64,000 nucleotides of DNA. Origin: Nitrosopumilus sp. (GTDB taxonomy: Archaea > Thermoproteota > Nitrososphaeria > Nitrososphaerales > Nitrosopumilaceae). Every line of letters begins with the position of its first letter. Position 1 is the first letter of the stretch. The stretch lies in NCBI GenBank assembly GCA_965204345.1, contig OZ241981.1, positions 1,184,001 to 1,248,000 on the forward strand. Direction: 5' to 3'. Shown piece after piece: positions 50,857 to 59,940 of this stretch. The position numbers and the translations under genes were made by a program. The notes beneath the pieces were generated by a model. It saw nothing but the letters and a program-made list of their open reading frames with translations, was not told the DNA's origin and ran no database searches.

Positions 50857-51453
50857 ATGTTGGTAGAAATTCCTGAACCTGAGGTGATTTTAAATGTGAT
50901 TTTGGCATTTGTTGTAGGAATTGTAGGTTTGTATGCCTATTTTAAGATCAGCCACTTTGTCAAAACCAAGAGTGAGGTATTTGATGCATCACAAGCTGAG
51001 AGGTTAGAATACTATGAAAGACAGTTAATTGATATGAAAATACGCCTAGATGCTTTAGAAATACAAGGAACAGAGCAAAAAGTGGAGGATCCAAACCTGG
51101 AACTAAAACAATTCTTAGAGAAATTGGCAAAGAATGAAGTTCAGGAAAGACCAATTGTAGTTGAAAATAAGCCTAACATTGTGACTGAAAAGGAAATTTC
51201 CAAGCCTAACATTCAAAGTTTTACACCAACAAACCCAGTAGATTATGTGTTGCATCTAATCACAAACAAAGCTATGACATCACGTGACATACAAATCACA
51301 TTAAAGAAGAGTAGAGAACATACTTCACGTCTGATGAAGAAGATGTTTGAAGAGGGATATGTTCAAAGAAATACAGAGTCAAAACCATATACTTATTCAA
51401 TTACTGAAAAAGGAATTGCAAAAGTAGAACAGGTTGATCTGGTTCAACAATAA
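50857..51453 (+). CDS. Membrane-anchored winged-helix (MarR-like) DNA-binding protein
   Basis: Likely ATG 50857; N-terminal TM, coiled coil, C-terminal wHTH (TSRDIQITLKKSREHTSRLMKKMFEEGYV...YSITEKG). Confidence 0.75.
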   Translation: MLVEIPEPEVILNVILAFVVGIVGLYAYFKISHFVKTKSEVFDASQAERLEYYERQLIDMKIRLDALEIQGTEQKVEDPNLELKQFLEKLAKNEVQERPIVVENKPNIVTEKEISKPNIQSFTPTNPVDYVLHLITNKAMTSRDIQITLKKSREHTSRLMKKMFEEGYVQRNTESKPYTYSITEKGIAKVEQVDLVQQ

Positions 51454-51582
51454 AATAGAATTTTTTTAGTGTTAGTTTTCAAAGATTTGTCTATGTTTTT
51501 GACCAAATCGTTCATATTTCATAATGAAATTCGAATTAGATAATATATTAAATTATATATATTATTAAATTATAATAAAAAT

Positions 51583-51744
51583 ATGTCAGTTAATGAAAAT
51601 GAGGTATTAGTAAAAATCACATCTGCTGGTACAATTTCAATCCCAAAACAGTTTAGAAAGTATATGGATATCCAAAAAGGTGAATATGTCAAGATAATTC
51701 TCGGAAAAGACAGTTTATTGGTTAGAAAAGTCACTATTGTTTGA
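51583..51744 (+). CDS. AbrB/MazE/SpoVT-family DNA-binding microprotein
   Basis: Manual translation MSVNENEVLVKITSAGTISIPKQFRKYMDIQKGEYVKIILGKDSLLVRKVTIV*; swapped-hairpin pattern; not in ORF track. Confidence 0.85.
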   Translation: MSVNENEVLVKITSAGTISIPKQFRKYMDIQKGEYVKIILGKDSLLVRKVTIV

Positions 51745-51747
51745 GAA

Positions 51748-52134
51748 TTATTGTTGTTTTTGAGTAATTTTTATGGTTTGATATGTCCATTCTCGACCAG
51801 TTCTAGTCCTATTTACCCTGCCTTTTGTGGAAAATCTTGACAAGTATGTGGAGATCACACTTAGTTTTATAGGCTTGTTGTATTCGTCCTCATATTTCTC
51901 AAGAATGTTTGTTGATGTAAAGTTGCCCATCGGGAAGAATTTATCAACAATATGCCAAATTTTAGCTCCCACAGAATCTACATTTGTTGCCTCTTGTTCC
52001 TCCTCAATATTCATCAAATCCATCATTTCAAATATTTTGAGAATCTTGTCTCTGGTAACATTTCCCTCTAATTTGATGTCATATTTTGCACCATCATGGT
52101 CTTCCATGTCTATTCGTATTCGTTTTTTGGCCAT
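51748..52134 (-). CDS. Hypothetical winged-helix protein adjacent to the origin
   Basis: C-terminal LSVISTYLSRF..KGRVNRTR..REWTY wHTH pattern. Confidence 0.72.
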   Translation of the reverse strand: MAKKRIRIDMEDHDGAKYDIKLEGNVTRDKILKIFEMMDLMNIEEEQEATNVDSVGAKIWHIVDKFFPMGNFTSTNILEKYEDEYNKPIKLSVISTYLSRFSTKGRVNRTRTGREWTYQTIKITQKQQ

Positions 52135-52149
52135 CTTTAGGATCTAATG

Positions 52150-52430
52150 GATCAAGAGTTAACAGTTCAAATGATCCAAGAATCTTTGTTAACTAAATGG
52201 TTTGTTAACATTGACTGCCTAGCCCACGCCTAGCCTGATTTTTGTTATTAACAACATCTATGTGCCTAGCCCCCTTTATTATGAGATTTTCACGCCTGGA
52301 ATGGAAATAAAGGGGTCGTTTTTGCAATATTCATAGTGTTAACATCTATCTTAACGCCTGGAATGGAAATAAAGGGGTCAAAATGGGCTTTTCGGTGATT
52401 TTCTTAACATAATTTTAACAAAAATGTTAA
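52150..52430. other. Probable chromosomal replication origin (oriC) with ORB elements
   Basis: Two identical 26-bp repeats ACGCCTGGAATGGAAATAAAGGGGTC at 52292-52317 and 52354-52379 (TGGAAA core plus G-string), an inverted partial CCCCTTTATT at 52271-52280, directly upstream of cdc6. Confidence 0.85.
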
Positions 52431-53453
52431 CTTGAACTCAAAAAACCAGGTACTGGTAAAACACTGGTTATAAAAAAAGTAATTTCTAAAATCCAAGAAA
52501 GAGTAGAGAAATCTAATTTCCCAATTAAACTAGTATACTCAAATTCCAAAGAAGAGACCACATTATACGGATTACTAGTTAGTATAGGCAGGCAGTTAGG
52601 CCTAAATGAGAAAGAATTACCCACAACCGGACTAGCAATAAGCGAAGTCTTCAAGAGACTGTTAAACAGAATTGATGAGGGGAAACTTAATGCAATTTTT
52701 GTAATAGACGAAATTGACTATCTTGCACAGTTAATAGCAAAGACCGGCAAGGACATCTTGTACCAACTAACAAGGGCAAATGAGCGTCTAAACCAGGGCT
52801 CGTTAACTTTGGTTGGAATTTCAAATGATCTAACCTTTAAAGAAAAACTTGATCCTAGAGTGATTAGTAGCCTGGGAGAAGAGGAGATTGTATTTACAAA
52901 TTATAATGTTGAACAGATTAAAAAAATACTGGAAGATAGAATCAATGAATCCTTTGTTAAAAACTCAGTAGAGGAGCCTGCCCTGAACCTCTGTGCCGCT
53001 CTTGCAGGAGGAGAACACGGCGATGCCCGAAGAGCAATTGATTTGATCCGTGTTGCAGGCGAACTTGCCGAACGCCAGCAATCAGAAAAAGTGACGGCCG
53101 AGCATGTGAGAAGGGCCTCTCAAAAAATTGAAGAAAACAAGGAAGAGGCATCCCTAAAATCATACCCGCTTCATGAAAAACTAGTTCTTATTGCAATAAT
53201 GAAAGCAAATGGGTCTTCGACTGGAGAGATTTACACCTCCTACAAGAACCTGTGTAAAATAGTTGGAAAGGACGAACTAACGCAAAGGAGAATTACTCAA
53301 ATGCTAAGCGAAATCGAGCTATCAGGACTAATCTCCGGAAGACTTGTCCACCAAGGAATTCATGGAAGGACAAAAAAATACAAACTTACCATATCATCTG
53401 AGATGATAAAAAAGACATTCAAAGACGATCTAACTTTGCAGGACATTATCTAA
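52431..53453 (+). CDS. cdc6: Orc1/Cdc6 replication initiator, 5'-truncated (possible pseudogene or assembly deletion)
   Basis: Frame open from 52431: LELKKPGTGKT...VIDEID (Walker B)...GDARRAIDL...wHTH; in-frame TAA at 52428-52430 and first in-frame start codon only at TTG 52758. Confidence 0.85.
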   Translation, partial: LELKKPGTGKTLVIKKVISKIQERVEKSNFPIKLVYSNSKEETTLYGLLVSIGRQLGLNEKELPTTGLAISEVFKRLLNRIDEGKLNAIFVIDEIDYLAQLIAKTGKDILYQLTRANERLNQGSLTLVGISNDLTFKEKLDPRVISSLGEEEIVFTNYNVEQIKKILEDRINESFVKNSVEEPALNLCAALAGGEHGDARRAIDLIRVAGELAERQQSEKVTAEHVRRASQKIEENKEEASLKSYPLHEKLVLIAIMKANGSSTGEIYTSYKNLCKIVGKDELTQRRITQMLSEIELSGLISGRLVHQGIHGRTKKYKLTISSEMIKKTFKDDLTLQDII

Positions 53454-54875
53454 ATTTGAACTATAGTTCTGGTGGAATACTTGGAAAGTTTTTAGATTTA
53501 CCATGATAGCAATTCCGGGATTTGGAGTCATTCCCACACTGGCCTGAAAAGGCGTTTGTTTCTGCCAAGAGCCAGAATTTACCAATAAAATTCCCTTGTA
53601 CATATCCAACTGAGCCCTGTGAACATGACCCACATGGAAGATATCCGGAATATCCTCAATAACCAAAAGATCTTCCATTTCGGGGGCAATCGGGGTTTGA
53701 CTGCCATAAATTGGACTAAGGTGCCTTGCTTTGAGCAAATGTTTCATCACATTAGCAGGTTTATCATAACTCAAACCCGGTGTTGTCTTTACAATATCGT
53801 CTATACTTTGACCATGGAACATTATCACCTTGACTTCATTTAGAGAGACAACTGCCGGGTTTCCAACCATAACCACATTTTCTCTTTCCCACAAACCAGA
53901 ATTGTATTTTTTCGGTATTGCCGGCTGTGGCAATGCCCTTCTTCCAGGATCGTGGTTTCCTGGCATTATGATAATTTTCACATTTTTTGGAATTTTATCA
54001 ATTAATTCTTCGGCCTTGTTTAACTGCTCTTCAATGGTTTGACAAACCAACTCTTTGTCCTGATTTGGATATATCCCAACCCCATCTACCACGTCTCCGC
54101 CAATTAACACAAATCTAATTTTTCTTGCAACTGGATCCGGACCTGACAGCCATGAAACAAACTCTGAAAACTCCTCTTCCATGAAATATTTGCTTCCAAT
54201 ATGTAAATCAGAAAGAAATACTGCATATACCTCGCTTTCTGACTTGTTTTTTGCTTGTTCTGGAATGTCTGGCAGAATCAAATCCTTGATGATATATCCT
54301 GAATTTTTCCCCAAACTTATCCTTGCCATCACAAACTGATCAGTTAGAAGCATATCTGCTGTTTTTTGCAGTTCCTTATCAAAAATAATGCCCTCAAATG
54401 AGCCTGATGGGTCTTCTAACACCAATCTTGTGATGTTTCGTTCAGAATTTCTCATAGTGACTAATCCACACACGTACAAATCATCCTCGATTTTTGTAGA
54501 TTTCACAGATGCTGCAGATCTGAGTAATTTTGATTCTGGCCTGTCTGAAATAATTCGCTTTAGCTTGTTAAAACGACTAGAAAACAAGGCATTATACCCC
54601 TTTACACCCTCTCCGGATGTTATCTTATCAGTAGGCTCTGATAACACTTTAACCTCATTTAGTAAAGTTGAATCATCCTTAATTCCAAGATATGTCTCCA
54701 AATCATCCTGATTAATCTGAAATAATTTTTGTCGTGTCTTCTCTCTGACTATTTCCTTAATGATCTTTTCTAGTTTTTTAACATCTACATTTTCTAATAT
54801 TTTAAAAGCATCTGGATGAATCTGGAATCCTTTGTTTAATGCATAATTTAACACAAAAGACAATTCCTTTTTCAT
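53430..54875 (-). CDS. polB: DNA polymerase D small subunit DP1 (proofreading exonuclease)
   Basis: SDLHIGS, GDVVDG, PGNHD, FHG and GHVH calcineurin-like phosphoesterase motifs plus OB fold. Confidence 0.94.
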   Translation of the reverse strand: MKKELSFVLNYALNKGFQIHPDAFKILENVDVKKLEKIIKEIVREKTRQKLFQINQDDLETYLGIKDDSTLLNEVKVLSEPTDKITSGEGVKGYNALFSSRFNKLKRIISDRPESKLLRSAASVKSTKIEDDLYVCGLVTMRNSERNITRLVLEDPSGSFEGIIFDKELQKTADMLLTDQFVMARISLGKNSGYIIKDLILPDIPEQAKNKSESEVYAVFLSDLHIGSKYFMEEEFSEFVSWLSGPDPVARKIRFVLIGGDVVDGVGIYPNQDKELVCQTIEEQLNKAEELIDKIPKNVKIIIMPGNHDPGRRALPQPAIPKKYNSGLWERENVVMVGNPAVVSLNEVKVIMFHGQSIDDIVKTTPGLSYDKPANVMKHLLKARHLSPIYGSQTPIAPEMEDLLVIEDIPDIFHVGHVHRAQLDMYKGILLVNSGSWQKQTPFQASVGMTPNPGIAIMVNLKTFQVFHQNYSSNLDNVLQS

Positions 54876-54930
54876 ATCAAAAAATAACCTTTGGTTTAAT
54901 TAAATCTGTGCCTACACCAACCCTCAAATA

Positions 54931-55488
54931 TTGTTCATAACACCATGCAGTGTGAACAAAACAAGAACAATCACATTTTTTGTATTCTTGGGATTGTTTA
55001 CAACTGCATATCAAATTGGTTCACTGTCTACGGTAAGTCAAGAGGATGCAGATACCTTCATGGCAGAATTTGAAGAACTTGTCTTAGATATTGACGGATT
55101 TGGAATATTTACCCATAATACAACCATTGCATTGCCAATGTTTATTCCGGGATTTGGGGTTGCATGGGGATTATTCTCTGCCTGGTCTACAGGATATGCA
55201 TTTGCAGCAATTACTACTAGCGCTCCTGTTCTAGCAGATATACCTGCATTAGCAATACTTTTTCTGTCCCCATTTGGCTTGATGGAGTTAACTGCATATT
55301 CTATAGGAACCTCCAGAAGTTTCATCATCATAGGTGCAATTGCCAAAAAAATTGATCTTGTCCAGTTTATACGACCTACGATGATTGAGATTGCAATAGT
55401 TATTGCCTTGCTGTTGGCAGGCGGCTATCTAGAGTTTTACATGATTGAACTAGCCCAAGAAGGAGGCATGCAGTTCTTAGATTTTTGA
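54931..55488 (+). CDS. SpoIIM-like membrane protein
   Basis: IFTHN...PFGLMEL...LLAGGYLE pattern with several TM segments. Confidence 0.75.
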   Translation: MFITPCSVNKTRTITFFVFLGLFTTAYQIGSLSTVSQEDADTFMAEFEELVLDIDGFGIFTHNTTIALPMFIPGFGVAWGLFSAWSTGYAFAAITTSAPVLADIPALAILFLSPFGLMELTAYSIGTSRSFIIIGAIAKKIDLVQFIRPTMIEIAIVIALLLAGGYLEFYMIELAQEGGMQFLDF

Positions 55489-55701
55489 TTACCTAATCAA
55501 TCCAAAATAAGACATTGGAACATCTTTAGATCGTTTTGAGTAATTTCCCCATCAAACCTAGCGTTACATTAGGTTGATGAATTGTTACGTTAGGGCGGGC
55601 TGTATAATAACAACGAGGAATATGAGTTTGATGAGAATTGTAGCATATGCATTACCAAATTCTGATAGTTTAGTTCTAGGCAAAGGACAAAATCAAGGCA
55701 A

Positions 55702-56427
55702 TTAATTTTCCCACTGCCATCTATAATTCATGTATGAATCTAGACTAGTTTGATTAAACACCATCACAGACAAATCTGAAAATTCTTTACCTTCAAGTTC
55801 GTTTACAGTTCCGACAAAGCTTGTTTCATCCTCTGTAGTTATTGCTTCAAAAACATGTACTCTCATTTTAGACGTATCAAAATCATGTTCTTTAAGATAA
55901 ACTGCTATCTCAGATGGCATAAAATGCTTGTCTGGCTGTTTTGGCCAGGGTCTAGGAACCAAAACAACACTAAAACCATCAATCAAAGCTTTTTGTAATT
56001 CTAATTTTTTATCTTCAATGGGTGTTGTAACATGCATTGTTATGACTTTAGACTTGTCAAGCGGAACTTTGGCCCTTGATGCAGCAACCTGAATTGAACT
56101 AATGCCTGGAATAATTTCCACTTTTTCTCCAAAAATCTCTATTAACCTATCAACAACTTCTGATTCTGAAAAATTTACATCACCAGTAAACGGAATTACT
56201 AATGTTCTATTATTTAATTTGGGAAGAATTTTTTGATAAGAATCTTCTTGATCATTCATAGTAATCTCATGGATCTCCTTTCCTTGTGTCAAGTGTTCGA
56301 TTGTTTTTAGGGTATACTTGTAGCCAATAATAACATCACATTTTTGAATGGTCTCCTTTACAATATCTGTCACATATTTTGGGGAACCAGGCCCAACACC
56401 TACAGCGAAAACTCTTCCCAATTTCAT
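55702..56427 (-). CDS. cbiE: Precorrin-6Y C5,15-methyltransferase subunit CbiE
   Basis: AVGVGPG, FTGD, IPGISSIQVAA and FSDLSV tetrapyrrole methylase motifs. Confidence 0.82.
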   Translation of the reverse strand: MKLGRVFAVGVGPGSPKYVTDIVKETIQKCDVIIGYKYTLKTIEHLTQGKEIHEITMNDQEDSYQKILPKLNNRTLVIPFTGDVNFSESEVVDRLIEIFGEKVEIIPGISSIQVAASRAKVPLDKSKVITMHVTTPIEDKKLELQKALIDGFSVVLVPRPWPKQPDKHFMPSEIAVYLKEHDFDTSKMRVHVFEAITTEDETSFVGTVNELEGKEFSDLSVMVFNQTSLDSYMNYRWQWEN

Positions 56428-56915
56428 TTAGTAAATTTTTGTCTGTCTTTAATATATTGCACAAATGGTTCCCAATCTACCTTCATGTATTTTGTTGGTT
56501 CTTTTGCAGGATATTTTACCCAATCCTGTGCTATGGAATATTGAAATTTTTCATCCTTTCCATTTCTTTTATACTCTAATTGTAACGAGCTTCCCCACTC
56601 TTTTTCTGTGTAAGTAATACTATCAATATCATCAAATGATAATTCAACATTTCGGTCATCCTCTGAGTCATTCATCAAATCTTCTTCATTATATCCGTCA
56701 TGACGAATCATTGTATTTTTTGATTTGATAAAATTAATCACCTGTCTTTGTCTAATGGCCTTCCACCAATTCATCTTGGATTCAGTTTTGTGTATGTACA
56801 TCAAATGCCTGTCAGTAAGAACCAGCATGCCTTCTCTACCGCCAATTGCAAAGAATTTTTTGGACTCTCTCCACACTGAAACTAAATGTGCCTGAATCTT
56901 TTCATCAGGTTCCAT
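56424..56915 (-). CDS. Hypothetical protein, possibly PH-like fold
   Basis: GMLVLTDRHLMY pattern; 163 aa ORF overlapping the cbiE start. Confidence 0.6.
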   Translation of the reverse strand: MEPDEKIQAHLVSVWRESKKFFAIGGREGMLVLTDRHLMYIHKTESKMNWWKAIRQRQVINFIKSKNTMIRHDGYNEEDLMNDSEDDRNVELSFDDIDSITYTEKEWGSSLQLEYKRNGKDEKFQYSIAQDWVKYPAKEPTKYMKVDWEPFVQYIKDRQKFTK

Positions 56916-56988
56916 ACAGAATAATTTCTTGGGCTTTGTTAAAAACTAATACAATTAGCTTTTAAGTAAGAATTTTTGAAAGAAACTA

Positions 56989-58509
56989 TTGAATAAAATA
57001 TTCTTAATTTTAACGGCGTCATTGCTTTTAATTGGCTTTGGAAATTCTGGATTTGCACAATATGATGATAAACTAGTTGTTTTAGAAACAGATCTTGGAA
57101 ACATAACGGTAGAATTTTTTCCAGAAGATGCACCAAATCATGTTGATAATTTTATAAAACTAACAGAATCCGGCTTTTATGACGGGGTACTTTTCCACCG
57201 TATTATTCCTGACTTTATGATTCAAGGCGGCGATCCAAACACAATCAGTGGCGATCCAAACACGTGGGGGACAGGCGGTCCAAGTACCAGTGTAGATGCA
57301 GAATTCAACACAATCAAGCATAACCGCGGAATATTGTCAATGGCAAGATCAGCTGATCCAAACAGTGCCGGTTCACAATTTTTCATCGTTCATCGTGATT
57401 CTAATTTCCTTGATGAACAATATACCGCATTTGGCAGAGTTGTAACTGATGAAAGTTTTGAAACACTTGATAATATCACAAAAGTAAAAACAAACGATAA
57501 AGATGCTCCGCTAGATCCTGAACCCGTAAGAATCTTAAAAGCTACAGTAGTTAATCGTTCTGATGTTACAAATATTCTTGAATTAGAAGATCCTAAACGT
57601 GTCGAATCTTCCATAGTATCTCCACCAACTGGTAGCCAAAAATTTGAAAGTGCAGAACATGAAGTTGCTTTTAGTGTACCGTCAGGCTGGCTACTGCAAG
57701 AACCAGAAAAAACAGATGCGAATTCCCCTGACATAGTTGCAGTCGGACCAAAAACTGGATCTATCAATCCAGTGATCTCTTTTACGTCACAAAACACTGA
57801 TCAAAAAATGTTTGATGATGTAATATCTGAAAAACTAGAATCAATTGGAACATCCATTGAATCAGGAAATCTAGAATTAATCTCAGAAAAAAAGATGACT
57901 ATCAACGGAAATGAGGCATATGTTATTAATGCCCAAGGATTTTTTTTCTCTAATAATGAAAGTTTTGATGTAAGGTTTCAAGAAGTGATGATCTATGATG
58001 AGAAAAAAATCTACACTTTTACCTATAGTAATGGATTAAATGATTTTGATTCACATCTCACTGGATTTGAAGAAACCCTTGATTCTTTTGAAATATTGTC
58101 AAAAACTGTGCCTGAGGACGAATCATCAGAAGGAGGTGGCTGCTTAATTGCAACTGCCACATTTGGATCTGAATTTGCACCACAGGTACAACAATTAAGA
58201 GAACTTCGAGATAATACTGTTTTATCAACAAATTCTGGAACCGCCTTTATGAGCGGATTTAATCAATTCTACTACTCTTTTTCGCCGACAATTGCAGACT
58301 TGGAACGTGAGCATCCACTCTTTAAAGAAATTGTAAAACTTTCAATTACGCCAATGTTATCTACACTGTCAATTCTAAATTACGTTGAAATTGATTCTGA
58401 AACTGAAATGCTATCATATGGAATCGGCATAATTTTAATGAATGTTGGAATATATTTTGCAGCACCTGCAATAGTTATCTATAAAATTAAAAAACAACCG
58501 TTTTTTTAA
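56989..58509 (+). CDS. Secreted cyclophilin PPIase fused to a PsbP-like domain and CFI-box-CTERM anchor
   Basis: Signal peptide, FHRIIPDFMIQGGDP, FSVPSGW PsbP-like region, GGGCLIATATFGSE...FYYSFSP plus TM. Confidence 0.88.
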   Translation: MNKIFLILTASLLLIGFGNSGFAQYDDKLVVLETDLGNITVEFFPEDAPNHVDNFIKLTESGFYDGVLFHRIIPDFMIQGGDPNTISGDPNTWGTGGPSTSVDAEFNTIKHNRGILSMARSADPNSAGSQFFIVHRDSNFLDEQYTAFGRVVTDESFETLDNITKVKTNDKDAPLDPEPVRILKATVVNRSDVTNILELEDPKRVESSIVSPPTGSQKFESAEHEVAFSVPSGWLLQEPEKTDANSPDIVAVGPKTGSINPVISFTSQNTDQKMFDDVISEKLESIGTSIESGNLELISEKKMTINGNEAYVINAQGFFFSNNESFDVRFQEVMIYDEKKIYTFTYSNGLNDFDSHLTGFEETLDSFEILSKTVPEDESSEGGGCLIATATFGSEFAPQVQQLRELRDNTVLSTNSGTAFMSGFNQFYYSFSPTIADLEREHPLFKEIVKLSITPMLSTLSILNYVEIDSETEMLSYGIGIILMNVGIYFAAPAIVIYKIKKQPFF

Positions 58510-58511
58510 AA

Positions 58512-59870
58512 CTACCAGACATCATCTACTTCGTCAAGCAGCTTGTATTCTTTTTCAGTTTCACGTTTCATTAGTTTCAATCTGGATATGTCTCTATCAA
58601 AGAACAAGTCTATTGTCCAGTCAAGAAACACACGGATTTTTTTATCAAACGTTGTAATTTTTGAGAGATACACATTCCTCCAGATCAGCCAGGCCCAAAA
58701 CCCTGAGATATTCATTCCCAAAAATGTTGCAATTCCAGATCTTTTTCCAATAATTGCCATTTGACCCTTGGAATGATAAGCAAATTTTTCTTTCTCAGAG
58801 TTTCTAATTAATGAAATTAAGTTTTTGGCGGCAATTTTTGCCTGAGCTTCTGCAATTTGGGCAGTCGGCGGCAGCGGTCTCTGGGTATCTGGGTCTATAT
58901 GTAATGCACAATCACCAATAGCAAATACTCCGGGAAAGTCATCTACCTCCAGATAATCATTTATCACAACTTTTCCTTTTTCTGTTTTAAACATTGATCT
59001 CTTAATTGTATTAACTGGAGTGACACCTGCTGTCCAGATCAAGGTCTTTGTAATTATTGAGTCAATTTTAGATGTATCCACCGAATCCTTTGGGTTTTCG
59101 TCTAATGATTTTGTAGTGATTTCATTACCATCAAAACTAGTTACAGCAGTTTTTAGTCTAATATCAATTCCTCTTTTTACCATCTTGTCTTTTGCAAAAT
59201 CAGCCAGTTTTTCGTTGAATCCTGGCAAAATCATACCTAACGCCTCAAGCACAACTACCTTGAGATCTTCTTTTAGAATCGTGGGATAATGCTTTCTTGC
59301 ATCCAACAACAAATCCATTAACTCCCCTGCAGTCTCAATTCCTGCAAACCCTCCCCCAACAACAACAAAATTCAAAAAGCTTTTTCGAAGTATTGGATTT
59401 GTCTCATTCTCAGCCTGTTCTAACATATCGATAACCCTGTTTCTTAACATCACGGCATCGTTAAGCGTTTTCATTGTGTATGCATTTTTTTCAACATCTG
59501 CCATTCCAAAAAAGTTGGTTTCACTGCCAAGTGCAACAACAAGAAAATCATAATGTATTGAAATACTTCTTTTATCCCCCGTTCCCCACAATGTAACAAG
59601 TTTCCCATAGGGATCGATATTTTTGATTCTGCCTTCGTAGAATTTTGTTTTTTTACAAACAGTTCTGATTGGCAATACGATATGCCTAGTTTCAATCATT
59701 CCCGATGCTACTTGAGGCAACATTGGCGTGAATAGCAAAAAATTGTCTTCGCTTACCATTACCAATTCAATTTCAGGATCATCCCCAAATTCTGATTCTA
59801 ATTTTCTAGCGCATTCTACTCCTGCAAATCCACCCCCTAAAATGAGAATTTTTTTCCTATTTCTTGCCAA
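58512..59870 (-). CDS. ndh: Type II NADH dehydrogenase-like FAD/NAD oxidoreductase
   Basis: Two GGGFAG dinucleotide motifs, FTPMLP, WTAG and FAIGDCA. Confidence 0.85.
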   Translation of the reverse strand: MARNRKKILILGGGFAGVECARKLESEFGDDPEIELVMVSEDNFLLFTPMLPQVASGMIETRHIVLPIRTVCKKTKFYEGRIKNIDPYGKLVTLWGTGDKRSISIHYDFLVVALGSETNFFGMADVEKNAYTMKTLNDAVMLRNRVIDMLEQAENETNPILRKSFLNFVVVGGGFAGIETAGELMDLLLDARKHYPTILKEDLKVVVLEALGMILPGFNEKLADFAKDKMVKRGIDIRLKTAVTSFDGNEITTKSLDENPKDSVDTSKIDSIITKTLIWTAGVTPVNTIKRSMFKTEKGKVVINDYLEVDDFPGVFAIGDCALHIDPDTQRPLPPTAQIAEAQAKIAAKNLISLIRNSEKEKFAYHSKGQMAIIGKRSGIATFLGMNISGFWAWLIWRNVYLSKITTFDKKIRVFLDWTIDLFFDRDISRLKLMKRETEKEYKLLDEVDDVW

Positions 59871-59940
59871 CGTGACTTATCCACAAATTGGGTGAATATA
59901 TGCTATAAGAATAATCTTGACTAAATCTCCTTCTATGCTC

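Noticed and set aside
52292-52379. Two identical 26-bp repeats separated by 36 bp, resembling a mini CRISPR array
   Set aside because: The TGGAAA core, G-string and position upstream of cdc6 identify them as ORB elements; only two copies and no cas genes in the window
52427-52654. 75-aa minus-strand ORF
   Set aside because: Antisense to the Walker A region of the truncated cdc6
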